Positions 47,301-55,614 of a DNA stretch of 64,000 nucleotides are shown piece by piece. Location of the stretch: the NCBI GenBank assembly GCA_017625755.1, contig JAGAKG010000041.1, forward strand, positions 65,709 through 129,708, in the 5' to 3' direction. Made by a program: the position numbers and the translations under genes. The notes under the pieces were generated by a model. The model searched no databases and was not told the DNA's origin. It saw only the letters and a list, made by a program, of their open reading frames with translations. The DNA comes from Clostridia bacterium (lineage in GTDB: Bacteria > Bacillota > Clostridia > Oscillospirales > CAG-272). Numbering within the stretch: position 1 is the stretch's first letter; the number at the start of each line of letters is the position of its first letter.

Positions 47301-49482
47301 CATTTTACGCCGTGGCTACACGAACGCTCTTGAAGATTATTATGTACCTATCCGTCGTGCGAATATCGCTCACAATGTAGACACAAGCACCTTCTTCGAC
47401 GAGATGAGCAGAGTTAGCAACGCTTCCTTTAACCGTGATACGGTCAAGGGTGCAAAGAACGAACTCTTTATCGAATCCCTCGACGCCGTACTCGATAGAC
47501 ATATCCGAGCGGTTGCTCAATATGCAAACCTCGCTCTTGCTATCGACCAATACAACCTCCTCTACAATCTTGACATCGGCGACAATCCGAACAAGCCTAC
47601 GAGCGTTAAAACGGAAAGTGTCGATATGTGGAGTGAAGGCGACGCATACTTCAAGAAACTCATTAGCGATATTCAAGGAATCCCGGCTTCAAAGGGAGAC
47701 GGCGTTCGCTTTATGGGTTGGCTTCGTGGTAGTTATGCAAAATACCAACTCGGCGCAAATCCGAAGGTATGGATAACACAGTTATCTTCGTTCGCCGCCG
47801 CCGGCAATATCCTCGATATTGATTGCATTATCAAGGGAATTGGCGTGAAGGCTTCCGATGTAGACGAGTATTGCGGACTTGCAAAGGTTCGTAACACGGA
47901 GAACGCCGCAGCGCTCGCCCAGGGCGTTGTTGAAAAGACCGGCAAGGTAGGCGATATTCTTATGAAGCCTATCGGAATGGTTGATAGGTTCGTTATCGTA
48001 AGACTCTTCGGCGCTTGCCAACTTCAAATCGAAAAGAATGAAGGTCTCAAAGTAGGCACGAAGGAAAACAAGGTAAAAGCCGGCGAACTTCTCGAAAAGG
48101 TTATTCTCGAAACACAACAGAACGCTTTGGCTACGGAAAAATCTTCGGCTATGCGCTCCGGAAGTGAATTGATGAAAACCTTAACGATGTTCTCCGCCGA
48201 CTCTATGAAGGTTATCGGTCGTGTGGTTGACGCTATCGGAGAAGTCTCCGTCTTGAAGGCGAAGAGAAAACTCGCAACCGACCCGGACGAAATCGCTTCT
48301 CTCGATAAGAAAATCAAAGCAGCAAACAAGAAGGCTCGTAGAGCCGTAGGCTCTCTTGTATCTTCCGCCGTGTTTATGGCGCTCGTTGCTCAACTCTTCC
48401 GTTGGCTTTACAACAAAGACGACGAGGACGACAATGTGGCGGTCAATATGACGGTCGACGCTATCGGAAATCTTCTCGGAGGTCTCCCTCTTATAAGAGA
48501 CATCTATTCTCGCTTTGCGGAAGGCTACGACTTCGACAACTACGCTTACTCGGCTATTAACGATATGTTTGATAGCGCAGAAAGACTCTTTACCACCGCC
48601 GGAAACATCTTTGAGGGCGATATGGATTCGAGAGAGGTTGCATTGACTATCAAGAATCTCCTCTACGCCGGAGGTCAAATGTTCGGTATTCCTACAAGGA
48701 ATGTCTATAACATTATCTACGGACTCACGAAGAGAATCTCGCCTTCTACGGCGTACTCAATCGACGATATGTTCTATAAGCAGAATTATCGTTCCGACCT
48801 TGCGAAAGCAATCGAACAAGAGGACGAGGCTATGATAGCAACTATCACAAGCCTTATGCTTGATGAGAACATCGGCGGTATCACGGATTCCGAGGCTCGC
48901 AAAGAACTTGATTCTTTGGTACAAAAGGGATTCGATGTTATTCCGAGAAGCGTTAGCAAAAAAATCACTTATGACGGCGTAGAATACGAACTAACGCCTA
49001 ACCAGGTTAAACAGTTCGAGAAGGTCTACTTCGTCGCAAACGAGGCGCTTGCAAGTCTTGTCAAGATGTCTCAATACAAGGGCGCAACCGATGAAGTAAA
49101 GGCGAAGGCGGTAAACTTTATTTATAATGTCTACTACAACCTCGCTCTCCAAGACTTCCTCGGCGTAGACCTTGAAACGAAGTCGGTTCTCTTTGCGGAA
49201 GCAATCGACATCGAGAAACTCGCTATCATCGTCGCTACGGCGAACTCGCTTAAAGCCGACCTTGACAAAAAAGGCGTGGCAATAAGCGGAACGAGAAAAG
49301 CCAAGATTCAATCGTATGTGAACTCGCTGCAACTCAAAGCGGTCGAAAAATATATGATTATGGGTTATCTCGGCTACAAGAACACGAAGGGCGAGATTCA
49401 AGTAAAAGCCTATATCAATCGCTTATCCCTCACAAAAACCGAAAAAGCAAAACTCCTCGAATATAGCGGATATGCTTCGTAA
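41395..49482 (+). CDS. 2,695-aa polyvalent giant virion protein (Gly/Ala-rich N-region, HExxH metallopeptidase motif, ART-like motif, TM-containing C-region)
   Basis: AGGAGA RBS and a single open frame of 8.1 kb. IVHEVTHLEEG (HExxH+E). RVVYHGTMSGAFTVFD...GAGFYFSS (H-Y-type ART-like). Hydrophobic segment LVSSAVFMALVAQLF. Confidence 0.7.
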   Translation: MATYNLTPAERRARAQAIVQARENRISYSNYLRDKKALEEMQEAERQRQLEEESRNNSANFLVRGLSTIGDVVGNVLTGAVKGLEGIVDLGIAAVGAVGGIFSDDFQDTMRQAVSYDFAGEIVGNPLQEAMKYSYLENGGIVEQVSSGIGQMLPAVIATIATYGAYGGFAAGASAAQVAAAQAAAQTASLVTLGVSAAGTSTEEAFNEGANYYAGLGYGVASGLVEVGTEKLFGGATKALTGAGVFDGITKSVAETGWKRVARNALEEGAEEVIAELARPALKTIYKGTDALSEYGEGEYWKGVGTAGLVGSMTALAYSGSIGYGLSKAGIGYSGKEADISDSLTEIGSLRERAINFQAEDTLDETNERKIADATKKNYQNIEGVLKSVSETRRAKLIEKFSLSKAFNADGTMSEQLSAWFNGDVTEARVNGSTENDDYTPLASPKKTSYSFSLRGNEATIQSDLDRLSENRAQAYLEEHQALGENITIEQAREAVGKFSVLTSEMSDKAKAARRKFNKALNALNRISGLNTSFVITEANETFDGSLVDNERMYISADAFENDTWAETIVHEVTHLEEGSEEYAKMVDFLQSDDILVDVQTESGEVKRIPLWQKAQSAVLGKDYGFDENKIKVISEKVNAQMGLTPEEVKLYREFMTEVAAHETQYLLGTEAFIDKIVASDRSLARKLVDKILNLKEAFSKVGDKATRGQLKMLRQAEKLYLDAARKAGDMRLVKYILSRSPETEEEVDSDAQIVYNRKGLYKQIPKQEYAIISSRIMEDNSRFMAREEELPRYGAARSANYFYVYENFAPGNFGVLKQIKITDANREYIASIEAKIGENNGESIIGSTSELNRVLEVLKSQARRNRRNNALDSEGRANSDNGGIPLGESEGKRTGDSQKGNGNKQGVRFALKDTVEQDVLAKYGKTYRWTEAGYILKDGTRLDLSGRNEGASGGYRTVDHRDIFDIYEDSDDYGTDAMNQFMARGNIRVMPESPGINLQVEPTEEQYRQIQDLVERLGWKERYFSVDFDDANGDTIDNITYEGAVSARKVVADIKYFFKEGSIPHQSELSKFRFSLKETKPLPLQDSEGSELSPQQRAFFEGSQVRDDEGRLRVVYHGTMSGAFTVFDASKANPESDMGAGFYFSSSYDDVGSNYEDGGQDLDNKIDILADRIEAEEGIDHDEAYKIAYDRLVKESHLFEVYLDMKNPAYVGGFYDEATILFRDFYESELDIEDFENEDDYYEAQYEEQDEALAEIVDEVDSILSAQGISGYEDWVSILSENGAFEGGITLAEMKEILNNNLYDVYDENGNNATNELVRAIVEALGYDGIIDNSVVDKWGYNSGRTSYMQGLEEDTRHYIVFKPEQIKLTSNLNPTKNQDIRFLLSDDPTAKPYFYELTDGQVKKLLANSTKMKVYSKVESEGIINDILGNYMSFGDVYGVLSGKSKAEVIDMLWRGLNTAEPGRRAKVALDVAEYIIQHSVVESMYDDASTEVYMDTIALLKPYLHKINLNGIKGEIKHRYDRDNSPYLLWGKRKGDSGLGADVIAMELDELGFHIDAINEADIFFQIDEAYRSAVAGLKKEAKSMLDSALNAEERKQLKQEIARQVLIAFDEKGKPSKLSAFLEEYAKKAKVWREKYYEERSKNKLLNRVLDKIQKLKDIKLGTFLNASQFKNDVFKGSIERLANIKYRGNLNESGTRGILDGLAEWYVKENPMLQGVFDEDIASALLTLARGEGKLTVNELKALENVVDYFKHFVETYNKVWRGGQYVEAQPIAEKYVSIVRRNKPAKVGWLRKFFEKYETSFADPMTLVRYMDRYDDGFYTEILQELRKGAVGASVMEMEMREPLEAFYKKHKKFLKEMSTKTIEYQGTQIPLAQAMLLYMSLNRDQAILGLAKSGFTFNDGKETIRLAGFALEEDLEIEEIRVRAKEVQSALASQFTEVEKEYISIAEKLFNETCKEAKKKTDILRRGYTNALEDYYVPIRRANIAHNVDTSTFFDEMSRVSNASFNRDTVKGAKNELFIESLDAVLDRHIRAVAQYANLALAIDQYNLLYNLDIGDNPNKPTSVKTESVDMWSEGDAYFKKLISDIQGIPASKGDGVRFMGWLRGSYAKYQLGANPKVWITQLSSFAAAGNILDIDCIIKGIGVKASDVDEYCGLAKVRNTENAAALAQGVVEKTGKVGDILMKPIGMVDRFVIVRLFGACQLQIEKNEGLKVGTKENKVKAGELLEKVILETQQNALATEKSSAMRSGSELMKTLTMFSADSMKVIGRVVDAIGEVSVLKAKRKLATDPDEIASLDKKIKAANKKARRAVGSLVSSAVFMALVAQLFRWLYNKDDEDDNVAVNMTVDAIGNLLGGLPLIRDIYSRFAEGYDFDNYAYSAINDMFDSAERLFTTAGNIFEGDMDSREVALTIKNLLYAGGQMFGIPTRNVYNIIYGLTKRISPSTAYSIDDMFYKQNYRSDLAKAIEQEDEAMIATITSLMLDENIGGITDSEARKELDSLVQKGFDVIPRSVSKKITYDGVEYELTPNQVKQFEKVYFVANEALASLVKMSQYKGATDEVKAKAVNFIYNVYYNLALQDFLGVDLETKSVLFAEAIDIEKLAIIVATANSLKADLDKKGVAISGTRKAKIQSYVNSLQLKAVEKYMIMGYLGYKNTKGEIQVKAYINRLSLTKTEKAKLLEYSGYAS
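43916..44119 (+). CDS. 67-aa ORF overprinted in an alternative frame of the giant gene (candidate)
   Basis: AGGAGA 6 nt upstream of the ATG. The product is amphipathic-helical and protein-like (…DAIVAIMLLIPKDEQIATMAEYLLENP…). The giant-gene frame is low-complexity R/N/G-rich here. Confidence 0.35.
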   Translation: MANQLSEAQANLIECLKFLKVKQDAIVAIMLLIPKDEQIATMAEYLLENPKANEPEILKKATEISKA

Positions 49483-49768
49483 GTTGTGGGGAAGGTTAAA
49501 AGCCTTCTTCGTATGGTTGTTTAGGCAATTAAGGGATAAGACAAACATCGTGATATTTTTCTCCGTATTTTTGGTGTTATCGTGCGAGGTATGGATTCCA
49601 TACCTCATAGCGATAATAACCGGGATAGAATGGTGGTGGGCGGTCGGCTCGGCTTGCTGGGCGTTCTGGCTCGCTCCATTCACTCCCTTTGTGCCGTTGT
49701 GTTTGGCTTTGACGGCGGCGGTTCGGAAGATATACGATAAAATTAAAAACAAAAAAGACAAGGAGTAA
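49472..49768 (+). CDS. small membrane protein (holin-like size/topology)
   Basis: Two to three hydrophobic segments and a basic C-terminus. Last prophage gene. Confidence 0.45.
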   Translation: MLRKLWGRLKAFFVWLFRQLRDKTNIVIFFSVFLVLSCEVWIPYLIAIITGIEWWWAVGSACWAFWLAPFTPFVPLCLALTAAVRKIYDKIKNKKDKE

Positions 49769-49847
49769 AATCCTTGTCTTTTTCTGTTATAATCCGATAA
49801 CCAACGCAACGAACTTTCTCGTTACATAAGGGTTCGGATTATGTGAT

Positions 49848-49857
49848 TTTGGCGGAG
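49848..49857. repeat. attR core TTTGGCGGAG
   Basis: Identical to 9700-9709. Overlaps the tRNA-Ser 3' end. Confidence 0.65.
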
Positions 49858-49940
49858 AAGGAGAGATTCGAACTCTCGAACCGTGTTACCGGTTACACGA
49901 TTTCCAATCGTGCGCCCTCGACCAGCTAGGCGACTTCTCC
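49850..49940 (-). tRNA. tRNA-Ser(GGA)
   Basis: Minus strand. GGAGAAG acceptor, anticodon loop TTGGAAA, long variable arm, T arm GAGAG-TTCGAAT-CTCTC, CTTCTCC-G-CCA. Confidence 0.9.
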
Positions 49941-50065
49941 ATATTCTTTTTTAGTCGTGCATTATTATATCACACATTTTTTGAAAAATCAATACCTTTT
50001 TTGCATTTTATTTATTTGTTTTCAAGCTTCTAAATGTTAATTATTTTTTAAAATTATTAATATCC

Positions 50066-50094
50066 TTGACAAATATAGAATATTATAGTAAAAT
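50066..50094 (+). promoter_or_regulatory. candidate promoter TTGACA - 17 nt - TAAAAT
   Basis: Lies in the AT-rich intergenic region upstream of the lipoprotein gene. Confidence 0.4.
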
Positions 50095-50148
50095 AACTGT
50101 GTATACGCATTTATATTAATGCAAAAATATTTGATTTGGAGAAAAGAC

Positions 50149-53052
50149 ATGAAAAAAATTTTAGCATTTGTTTTGACCTTGCTCACTGTTTTTGTGTTTG
50201 CTTCCTGTTCGGGTGGCGGCTCGGATTCATCAAGCGACGACAAGCTCAGCGTTGATAAGGTTACCGGCAATCTTTCGGATGCCGGCTATGAGCTTGAGGA
50301 GATGGACAAAGAGGAGCTCAATGAATTGGTTGATCAAATGAACTCCGTTCTTGAAAATCTCGGCGAGGATCTTCTTACCGGAAACATCGTATCCGCTGTT
50401 GTTGGATATGACGAGGAGAAGAAGAATACAGTAAGCATTTATGAATTTGAGAGCAGTGCTGATGCTAAGAAGATCGTTGAGATCCTCGAAAAGCAGGGCT
50501 TTATTTGTGACCGCGACGGCAAGGTGGTTATCGTTACAAATAACGAGGACGCTCTTAAAGACGCAACCGGCGGCAGCGGAAACGGTGGCAGTGGAAACGG
50601 TGGCAGCGGAAGCATTGGTGGCGGAGGTATCGGAGATAGACCTTCTGTAGGAATGAAGGAAACAACTACCGTATATTTTGATGCTAACGGAGGAAATGGC
50701 ACCGGCAACGTTGAGGTTTCCTTCTATAGTGGCTTTAGTATTCCCAATATGGGATTCTACAGAGACGGCTACAAGCTTCTTGGTTGGTCCAAGGATCCCT
50801 ATGCGACAGAAGCTGACTATTCAGTAAACGGCTGGTATTATAACAATACCGAGGACGAAAGCGCAACGCTTTACGCGGTTTGGGGCGTAGATGAATTCCT
50901 TATGTGGTTCCAGCCTAACGGTGCAGATGCAAGCGCGGTTGTTATCACGGTAGGCTCTGACGGCTTCTATCTTCCCTACAATAACTTTGTAAGAGACGGA
51001 TATATCTTTGTGGGATGGTCTCTCTATTCCGATTCAGCAGTAGGAGAATATTCCGAGGATTATTATTTTGATTCATATGACGGCTCTATTAACTTCTACG
51101 CTATATGGCAAAAGGAAGAGGCTGAGATCGTATTCAATTCAAATGACGGAAAGGGAAATGTATCTACGCTTCCGCTTTCAAATGGCGCGATCCTTACAAT
51201 GCCGGGTTCTTATTTTGACAGAGCCGGATATAAATTCTTAGGCTGGTCAACAGACAGCTCTGCAACAGAGCCCGAATATACAGAGGGTGAAAGCTTCTAT
51301 AACACTCCATTTGCTGAAAAAATAGAATTCTATGCGGTATGGGAAAAGAATGAAACACCCGTTATTGATGTTGAAGGTCTTTACGAGCGCGACGGTTACA
51401 CTATCTATTTCGGCAGCTATCCTCAAACACAGGTTACAGATCTTGATATAGCATATGCGCTTGAGACTATGGCAGGCTCACTCCCCTCAAGCTACGATAG
51501 CTACAATTGGACATCCTACGGCTATTACGCTAACGGATATTCGCAGGATTATATGTGGTACATCGACCTTGAATATAACGGCGAAATGTATCGCGGAGTA
51601 TATTTTACATCATACAGACCTATGTGGAATACCGAATCCAACAGCTCGAGCGATTCCGATCAAGACGATAACGGATATTACACAGGCGCGACATATTGGT
51701 TCAAGTACGAGCCTATCGCTTGGGAGATACTTTCCGAAAACGACGGAGTGGCATTTATAGCAGCCAACCTTGTAATCGATGCTCAGCCTTATAATAATGA
51801 AACCGACGTTGCGGGATATTCGGCGGCTTCGGTAAGAGATTGGCTCAATGAAACCTTCTATGAAACTGCATTCAATGAGCTTCAAAGAAAGATAATTCTT
51901 ACAACGTCAGTTGATAACAGTGATAGCGGATACGATACTGCAACAACTGAGGATAAGATATTCTTGCTCAGCCAAAGCGAGGTAATAAACTACAACTATG
52001 AATTAAGAAAGAACGCAACCGATTACGCATTTTGCCAAGGACTTCTTAAAGAATACGATAGAGAAGCGTGCTATTGGTTCTTGCGTACAAGTGAAAACCG
52101 AGAAGATGTTAAAACGGTACTAAACGGCTCGCTTTCAAACGGTGCTCAGGTTGCATTCTCGCGCGGCGGTATGCTTCCGGCTATGAGAATTATGACATCA
52201 GGTCAGATTGAGGACGGAGATGTTGGCGGAGATGTTCCTTCTATCGATATCGACGGTCTTTATGAGCGAGACGGAAATACAATTTACTTTGGTAGCTATC
52301 CTCAATCGCAGGTTACGGATTCTGATATAACTTATCAGCTTGACAGCTTGGCAGGAAGCCTTCCTTCAAGCTACGACAGCTATAATTGGACGTCATACCG
52401 TTATTATTACAATGGAGATGAAAGCGACTTTATGTGGTATATCGACCTTGAATATAACGGCGAATACTACAGAGGCGTATACTTTGATCAGTATCGTTCA
52501 TGCTGGACACATTCCTATAATACAGCTCAACAGGGCGACTATAAAACGTATACGGTTTATTGGTTCAAGTACGAGCCTATTTCGTGGACCATACTTTCCG
52601 AAAACGGTGACAGAGCAGTTATTCTTGCAGATCTTATCCTTGATTCAAAGGAATATACAACATACGACGGAGATCAAACATACGAATATACAACCATCAG
52701 AGCTTGGCTCAACGAAGTATTCTATGAAACCGCATTTAATGAGCTTCAAAAGCAGCTTATTCTCCAAACAAGCGTAGACGGATATCTTAACGATAAAATA
52801 TTTATTCTCAGCTCGGATGAGGTGCAGACATATTTTTCTTACTATGAGAAGAATAGCACGGCGTATGCAAAATGTCAGGGCCTTGAGCAAAGTAATTATT
52901 GGAGACTCCGCGGAGTTACGGGCAGATGGGATTACTCAATGGCTTGTAGCAGAGGAGATATCAACGAAATCTATAAATATTACACTCCTGCAGGTGTTGT
53001 ACCGGCTCTCACAATATATTTAGGAGTCCGAGCAGCAAAAGCCTTCTGTTGA
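50149..53052 (+). CDS. surface lipoprotein with three Listeria-Bacteroides-type (InlB B-repeat-like) units and two ~270-aa repeat domains
   Basis: Lipobox VFVFASC. GYKLLGWS / GYIFVGWS / GYKFLGWS units. Duplicated blocks YFGSYPQ.QVTD...YWFKYEPI.W.ILSENG...WLNE.FYETAFNELQ. Confidence 0.7.
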   Translation: MKKILAFVLTLLTVFVFASCSGGGSDSSSDDKLSVDKVTGNLSDAGYELEEMDKEELNELVDQMNSVLENLGEDLLTGNIVSAVVGYDEEKKNTVSIYEFESSADAKKIVEILEKQGFICDRDGKVVIVTNNEDALKDATGGSGNGGSGNGGSGSIGGGGIGDRPSVGMKETTTVYFDANGGNGTGNVEVSFYSGFSIPNMGFYRDGYKLLGWSKDPYATEADYSVNGWYYNNTEDESATLYAVWGVDEFLMWFQPNGADASAVVITVGSDGFYLPYNNFVRDGYIFVGWSLYSDSAVGEYSEDYYFDSYDGSINFYAIWQKEEAEIVFNSNDGKGNVSTLPLSNGAILTMPGSYFDRAGYKFLGWSTDSSATEPEYTEGESFYNTPFAEKIEFYAVWEKNETPVIDVEGLYERDGYTIYFGSYPQTQVTDLDIAYALETMAGSLPSSYDSYNWTSYGYYANGYSQDYMWYIDLEYNGEMYRGVYFTSYRPMWNTESNSSSDSDQDDNGYYTGATYWFKYEPIAWEILSENDGVAFIAANLVIDAQPYNNETDVAGYSAASVRDWLNETFYETAFNELQRKIILTTSVDNSDSGYDTATTEDKIFLLSQSEVINYNYELRKNATDYAFCQGLLKEYDREACYWFLRTSENREDVKTVLNGSLSNGAQVAFSRGGMLPAMRIMTSGQIEDGDVGGDVPSIDIDGLYERDGNTIYFGSYPQSQVTDSDITYQLDSLAGSLPSSYDSYNWTSYRYYYNGDESDFMWYIDLEYNGEYYRGVYFDQYRSCWTHSYNTAQQGDYKTYTVYWFKYEPISWTILSENGDRAVILADLILDSKEYTTYDGDQTYEYTTIRAWLNEVFYETAFNELQKQLILQTSVDGYLNDKIFILSSDEVQTYFSYYEKNSTAYAKCQGLEQSNYWRLRGVTGRWDYSMACSRGDINEIYKYYTPAGVVPALTIYLGVRAAKAFC

Positions 53053-53833
53053 TATAGACGGTCTTTACGAGCGTGAAGGAGATACCTTCTATTATGGATA
53101 CTATCCTCAAACACAGGTTACGGATTCCAATATAGCTTATCAGCTTGATAGCTTGGCAGGAGATCTTCCCTCATCGGGCTATAACTACAAATGGACATCC
53201 TACAATTACTATCGTTACGGAAACAAGAGCGATTATATGTGGTATATCGACGTTGAGCTTGACGGTGAATACTACAGAGGCGTATATTTCAACGAATACC
53301 GTTCATCTTATACGGATGAAGGCTCGGGAAGACAAGAAGATAACGGCTATTATACCTATACGACGTATTGGTTCAAGTATGAGCCTATTTCGTGGACTGT
53401 TATAGAAGAAAATGACGGATACGCAACGCTTTTATGCGATATGATCATTGATTCTCAGGAATACGACGATTCACACAGCAATACTAATTATTACGAAAGC
53501 ACAGTCAGAGCTTGGCTTCTCGGTACATTCTACGAAACAGCCTTCAATACAGATCAAAAGCAAATTCTTTGCACAAGAGGAGATTACATTGATTACGTAA
53601 CTCTTCTTGATTACGACGACACATATCTCGCTACATCATCACTTCTTTCAAAGTACGCAACTGATTACTCAATGTGTCAGGGCTTGTATAACGAAAACTC
53701 CGATTGGTGGTTGGATATTGACGGTAAGGCTAATAATTATTGCATGGGAAGCGATGGATATGTTTCATCAGGCGCGCAACTTAACTATACATCTTGGGGT
53801 GTAGTTCCCGTAGTAACCATTTATATAGGCTAA
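53024..53833 (+). pseudogene. third copy of the ~270-aa repeat domain, separated from the lipoprotein ORF by a +1 frame change
   Basis: Frame-2 translation from 53024 gives ...PSVDIDGLYEREGDTFYYGYYPQTQVTD..., colinear with the starts of repeats 1 and 2, and ends ...VVPVVTIYIG like repeat 2. There is no RBS or ATG at the homology start. Confidence 0.6.
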
Positions 53834-53842
53834 TAAAAAACA

Positions 53843-53874
53843 AAAAATCCGACCCTGTGTCGGATTTTTGTTTT
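53843..53874. terminator. bidirectional terminator
   Basis: AAAAATCCGAC-CCTGT-GTCGGATTTTT, flanked by A- and T-runs. Confidence 0.75.
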
Positions 53875-53947
53875 CAAAAGAAAAGGGACAGAGCGAGAAT
53901 TGTCTGTTCCTTTTTTGATTTTTGCTTGATATGTGTCGATTATTTGA

Positions 53948-55387
53948 TCATTTATAGGGCTTTGTAGCCTCAAGTATTGATGATTTTCCCTCGCGCGCGG
54001 CAAGCTCAACGTTCTCCGAGCTTATTTGTCCTCCGTGAACAAGACAACCCGCTCCGCCGACACATCCGTCGACGCAAGCCATACCCTCAATGAAGTTAGC
54101 CTCTATTTTTCCGTACGAAAGCTTTGCAAGCGTGCTTCTGCACTGATCTATACCGTTACAGGACACGCTGCGGACCTTAAAGCTCTTGCCCTGCTCGGAA
54201 ATACCTTGCTTGATAGCGTCGGAAAGACCGCCGCAACGCGCAAAAATACGTCCGAAGTAGGATGCTGTGTCCATTTTTTCCTCATCAAGTGTCGTTATAT
54301 CGATGCTTTTGCTATCGAAAAGCGCTTGAAGCTCCTCAAAGGTTATTACGCAATCAACATACGGCGCAACCTCTTTGTTTTTGAATTCGCGCTTCTTTGA
54401 TGTACACGGACCGATGAAAATAACCTTTGCCTCGGGATCGCGCTCCTTTATGTATTTAGAGATACGCGCCATAGGCGAAAGACTTGATGAAATATCGGGA
54501 ATATATTGCTGAAAGTGCTTTTTAACGTAATCCACAAAAGCAGGACAGCAGGAGCTTATAAGAAAGCCTCTTTCAGCAAGCTCGGCACTTTCGCTCTCCG
54601 CAACCATATCAGCACCGAGAGCAGCCTCCCAAACCTCATAAAAGCCAAGAGCCTTTATGCCCGAGATGACCTGCCCCTGCTTTGCGTAGGTGAACTGAGA
54701 AGATACCGCAGGCGCTAAAACCGCGTAGACGTGATAGTCTTTGTTCTCGTTTGAGCCTTTTATAATATCTATTGCGTTGCAGATATATGATTTATCGGAA
54801 ATAGCTCCCCAGGGACAGTGATAAACGCACGCGCCACAGGCTATGCATTTTGAATTGTCTATCTCCGCCTCCTGCGTTTTTTCGTTCATAGAGATCGCTT
54901 TTATCTTGCACGCAACCTCACAGGGACGCTTTCTGTTTGTTATAGCGGCGTAAGGACAAACGCGAGCGCACTTTCCGCACTCTCTGCACTTTGATTTATC
55001 TATATGAGCAACGTGGTTTCGGTCAAAGGAAATAGCGCCGAATTCACACACATCCTCGCACCTGTGGGCAAGACATCCGCGGCAGGCAGTACCGACCTCG
55101 TATCCGCCGGCAGGACATTCGTCGCAGGCTATACCGATAACCTGAATAACATTGTCGTTTTCAGACACGTCCTCACTCATAGCGAGCTTTATTCTATCGG
55201 AAACGATAGCGCGCTCCTTGTATACGCAGCAGCGTACGGTAGGAGATTTTCCCGGAGCTATGATCTTCGGAATATCAAGCACAGATGTATTAAGAGTATC
55301 GTCCCATTTGCGCTTTGCCACCTCGCGCAAAACTCTGTATTTAAGATGCTGAACCTTGGTGTCAAACTTTCGCGTGATCTTAGCCAT
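53948..55387 (-). CDS. [FeFe]-hydrogenase-like protein with N-terminal 4Fe-4S ferredoxin domains
   Basis: CxxCxxCxxxCP motifs (CRECGKCARVCP, CIACGACVYHCP). H-cluster motifs SSCCPAFV, FIGPCTSKK, EGMACVDGCVGGAG. Confidence 0.8.
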   Translation of the reverse strand: MAKITRKFDTKVQHLKYRVLREVAKRKWDDTLNTSVLDIPKIIAPGKSPTVRCCVYKERAIVSDRIKLAMSEDVSENDNVIQVIGIACDECPAGGYEVGTACRGCLAHRCEDVCEFGAISFDRNHVAHIDKSKCRECGKCARVCPYAAITNRKRPCEVACKIKAISMNEKTQEAEIDNSKCIACGACVYHCPWGAISDKSYICNAIDIIKGSNENKDYHVYAVLAPAVSSQFTYAKQGQVISGIKALGFYEVWEAALGADMVAESESAELAERGFLISSCCPAFVDYVKKHFQQYIPDISSSLSPMARISKYIKERDPEAKVIFIGPCTSKKREFKNKEVAPYVDCVITFEELQALFDSKSIDITTLDEEKMDTASYFGRIFARCGGLSDAIKQGISEQGKSFKVRSVSCNGIDQCRSTLAKLSYGKIEANFIEGMACVDGCVGGAGCLVHGGQISSENVELAAREGKSSILEATKPYK

Positions 55388-55614
55388 AAGAAATCCTCCT
55401 TTTAAGTCTTTTATAAAATTTTAACATATTTTTTCTCTCAAATCAATATGAATTTTTCGATTATTATATGAAAGTTGTTATTATACTCAATAAATTTTCC
55501 TAAAGTATTGAAAAAACGGTAATACTATTGTATAATATATATACGCGTATTTAATAATATATGAATTTTTTGTGAAAATAAAGACATTTTTGGTAAATAT
55601 AAGGAGAAAAAATT

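Larger units (their letters stand above)
9700..49857. mobile_element. ~40 kb prophage integrated at the 3' end of tRNA-Ser(GGA)
   Basis: Integrase and repressor lie at the left end, followed by a complete early-late gene order. 10-bp direct repeats at both ends. Intact tRNA at the right end and an orphaned tRNA terminator at the left. Codon style changes abruptly at both junctions. Confidence 0.8.

Noticed and set aside
50571-50640. Short tandem nucleotide repeats (GGCAGCGGAAACGGT units), considered as a possible CRISPR or VNTR.
   Set aside because: They are in frame inside the lipoprotein gene and encode a (GSGNG)n linker. There is no spacer/repeat architecture. No CRISPR array was seen anywhere in the window.
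53145-53405. ORF-track entries 53145-53405 and 53153-53833 as independent genes.
   Set aside because: 53153 is merely the first Met inside the third repeat domain, whose homology begins at about 53024 without an RBS. 53145-53405 is an alternative-frame shadow.
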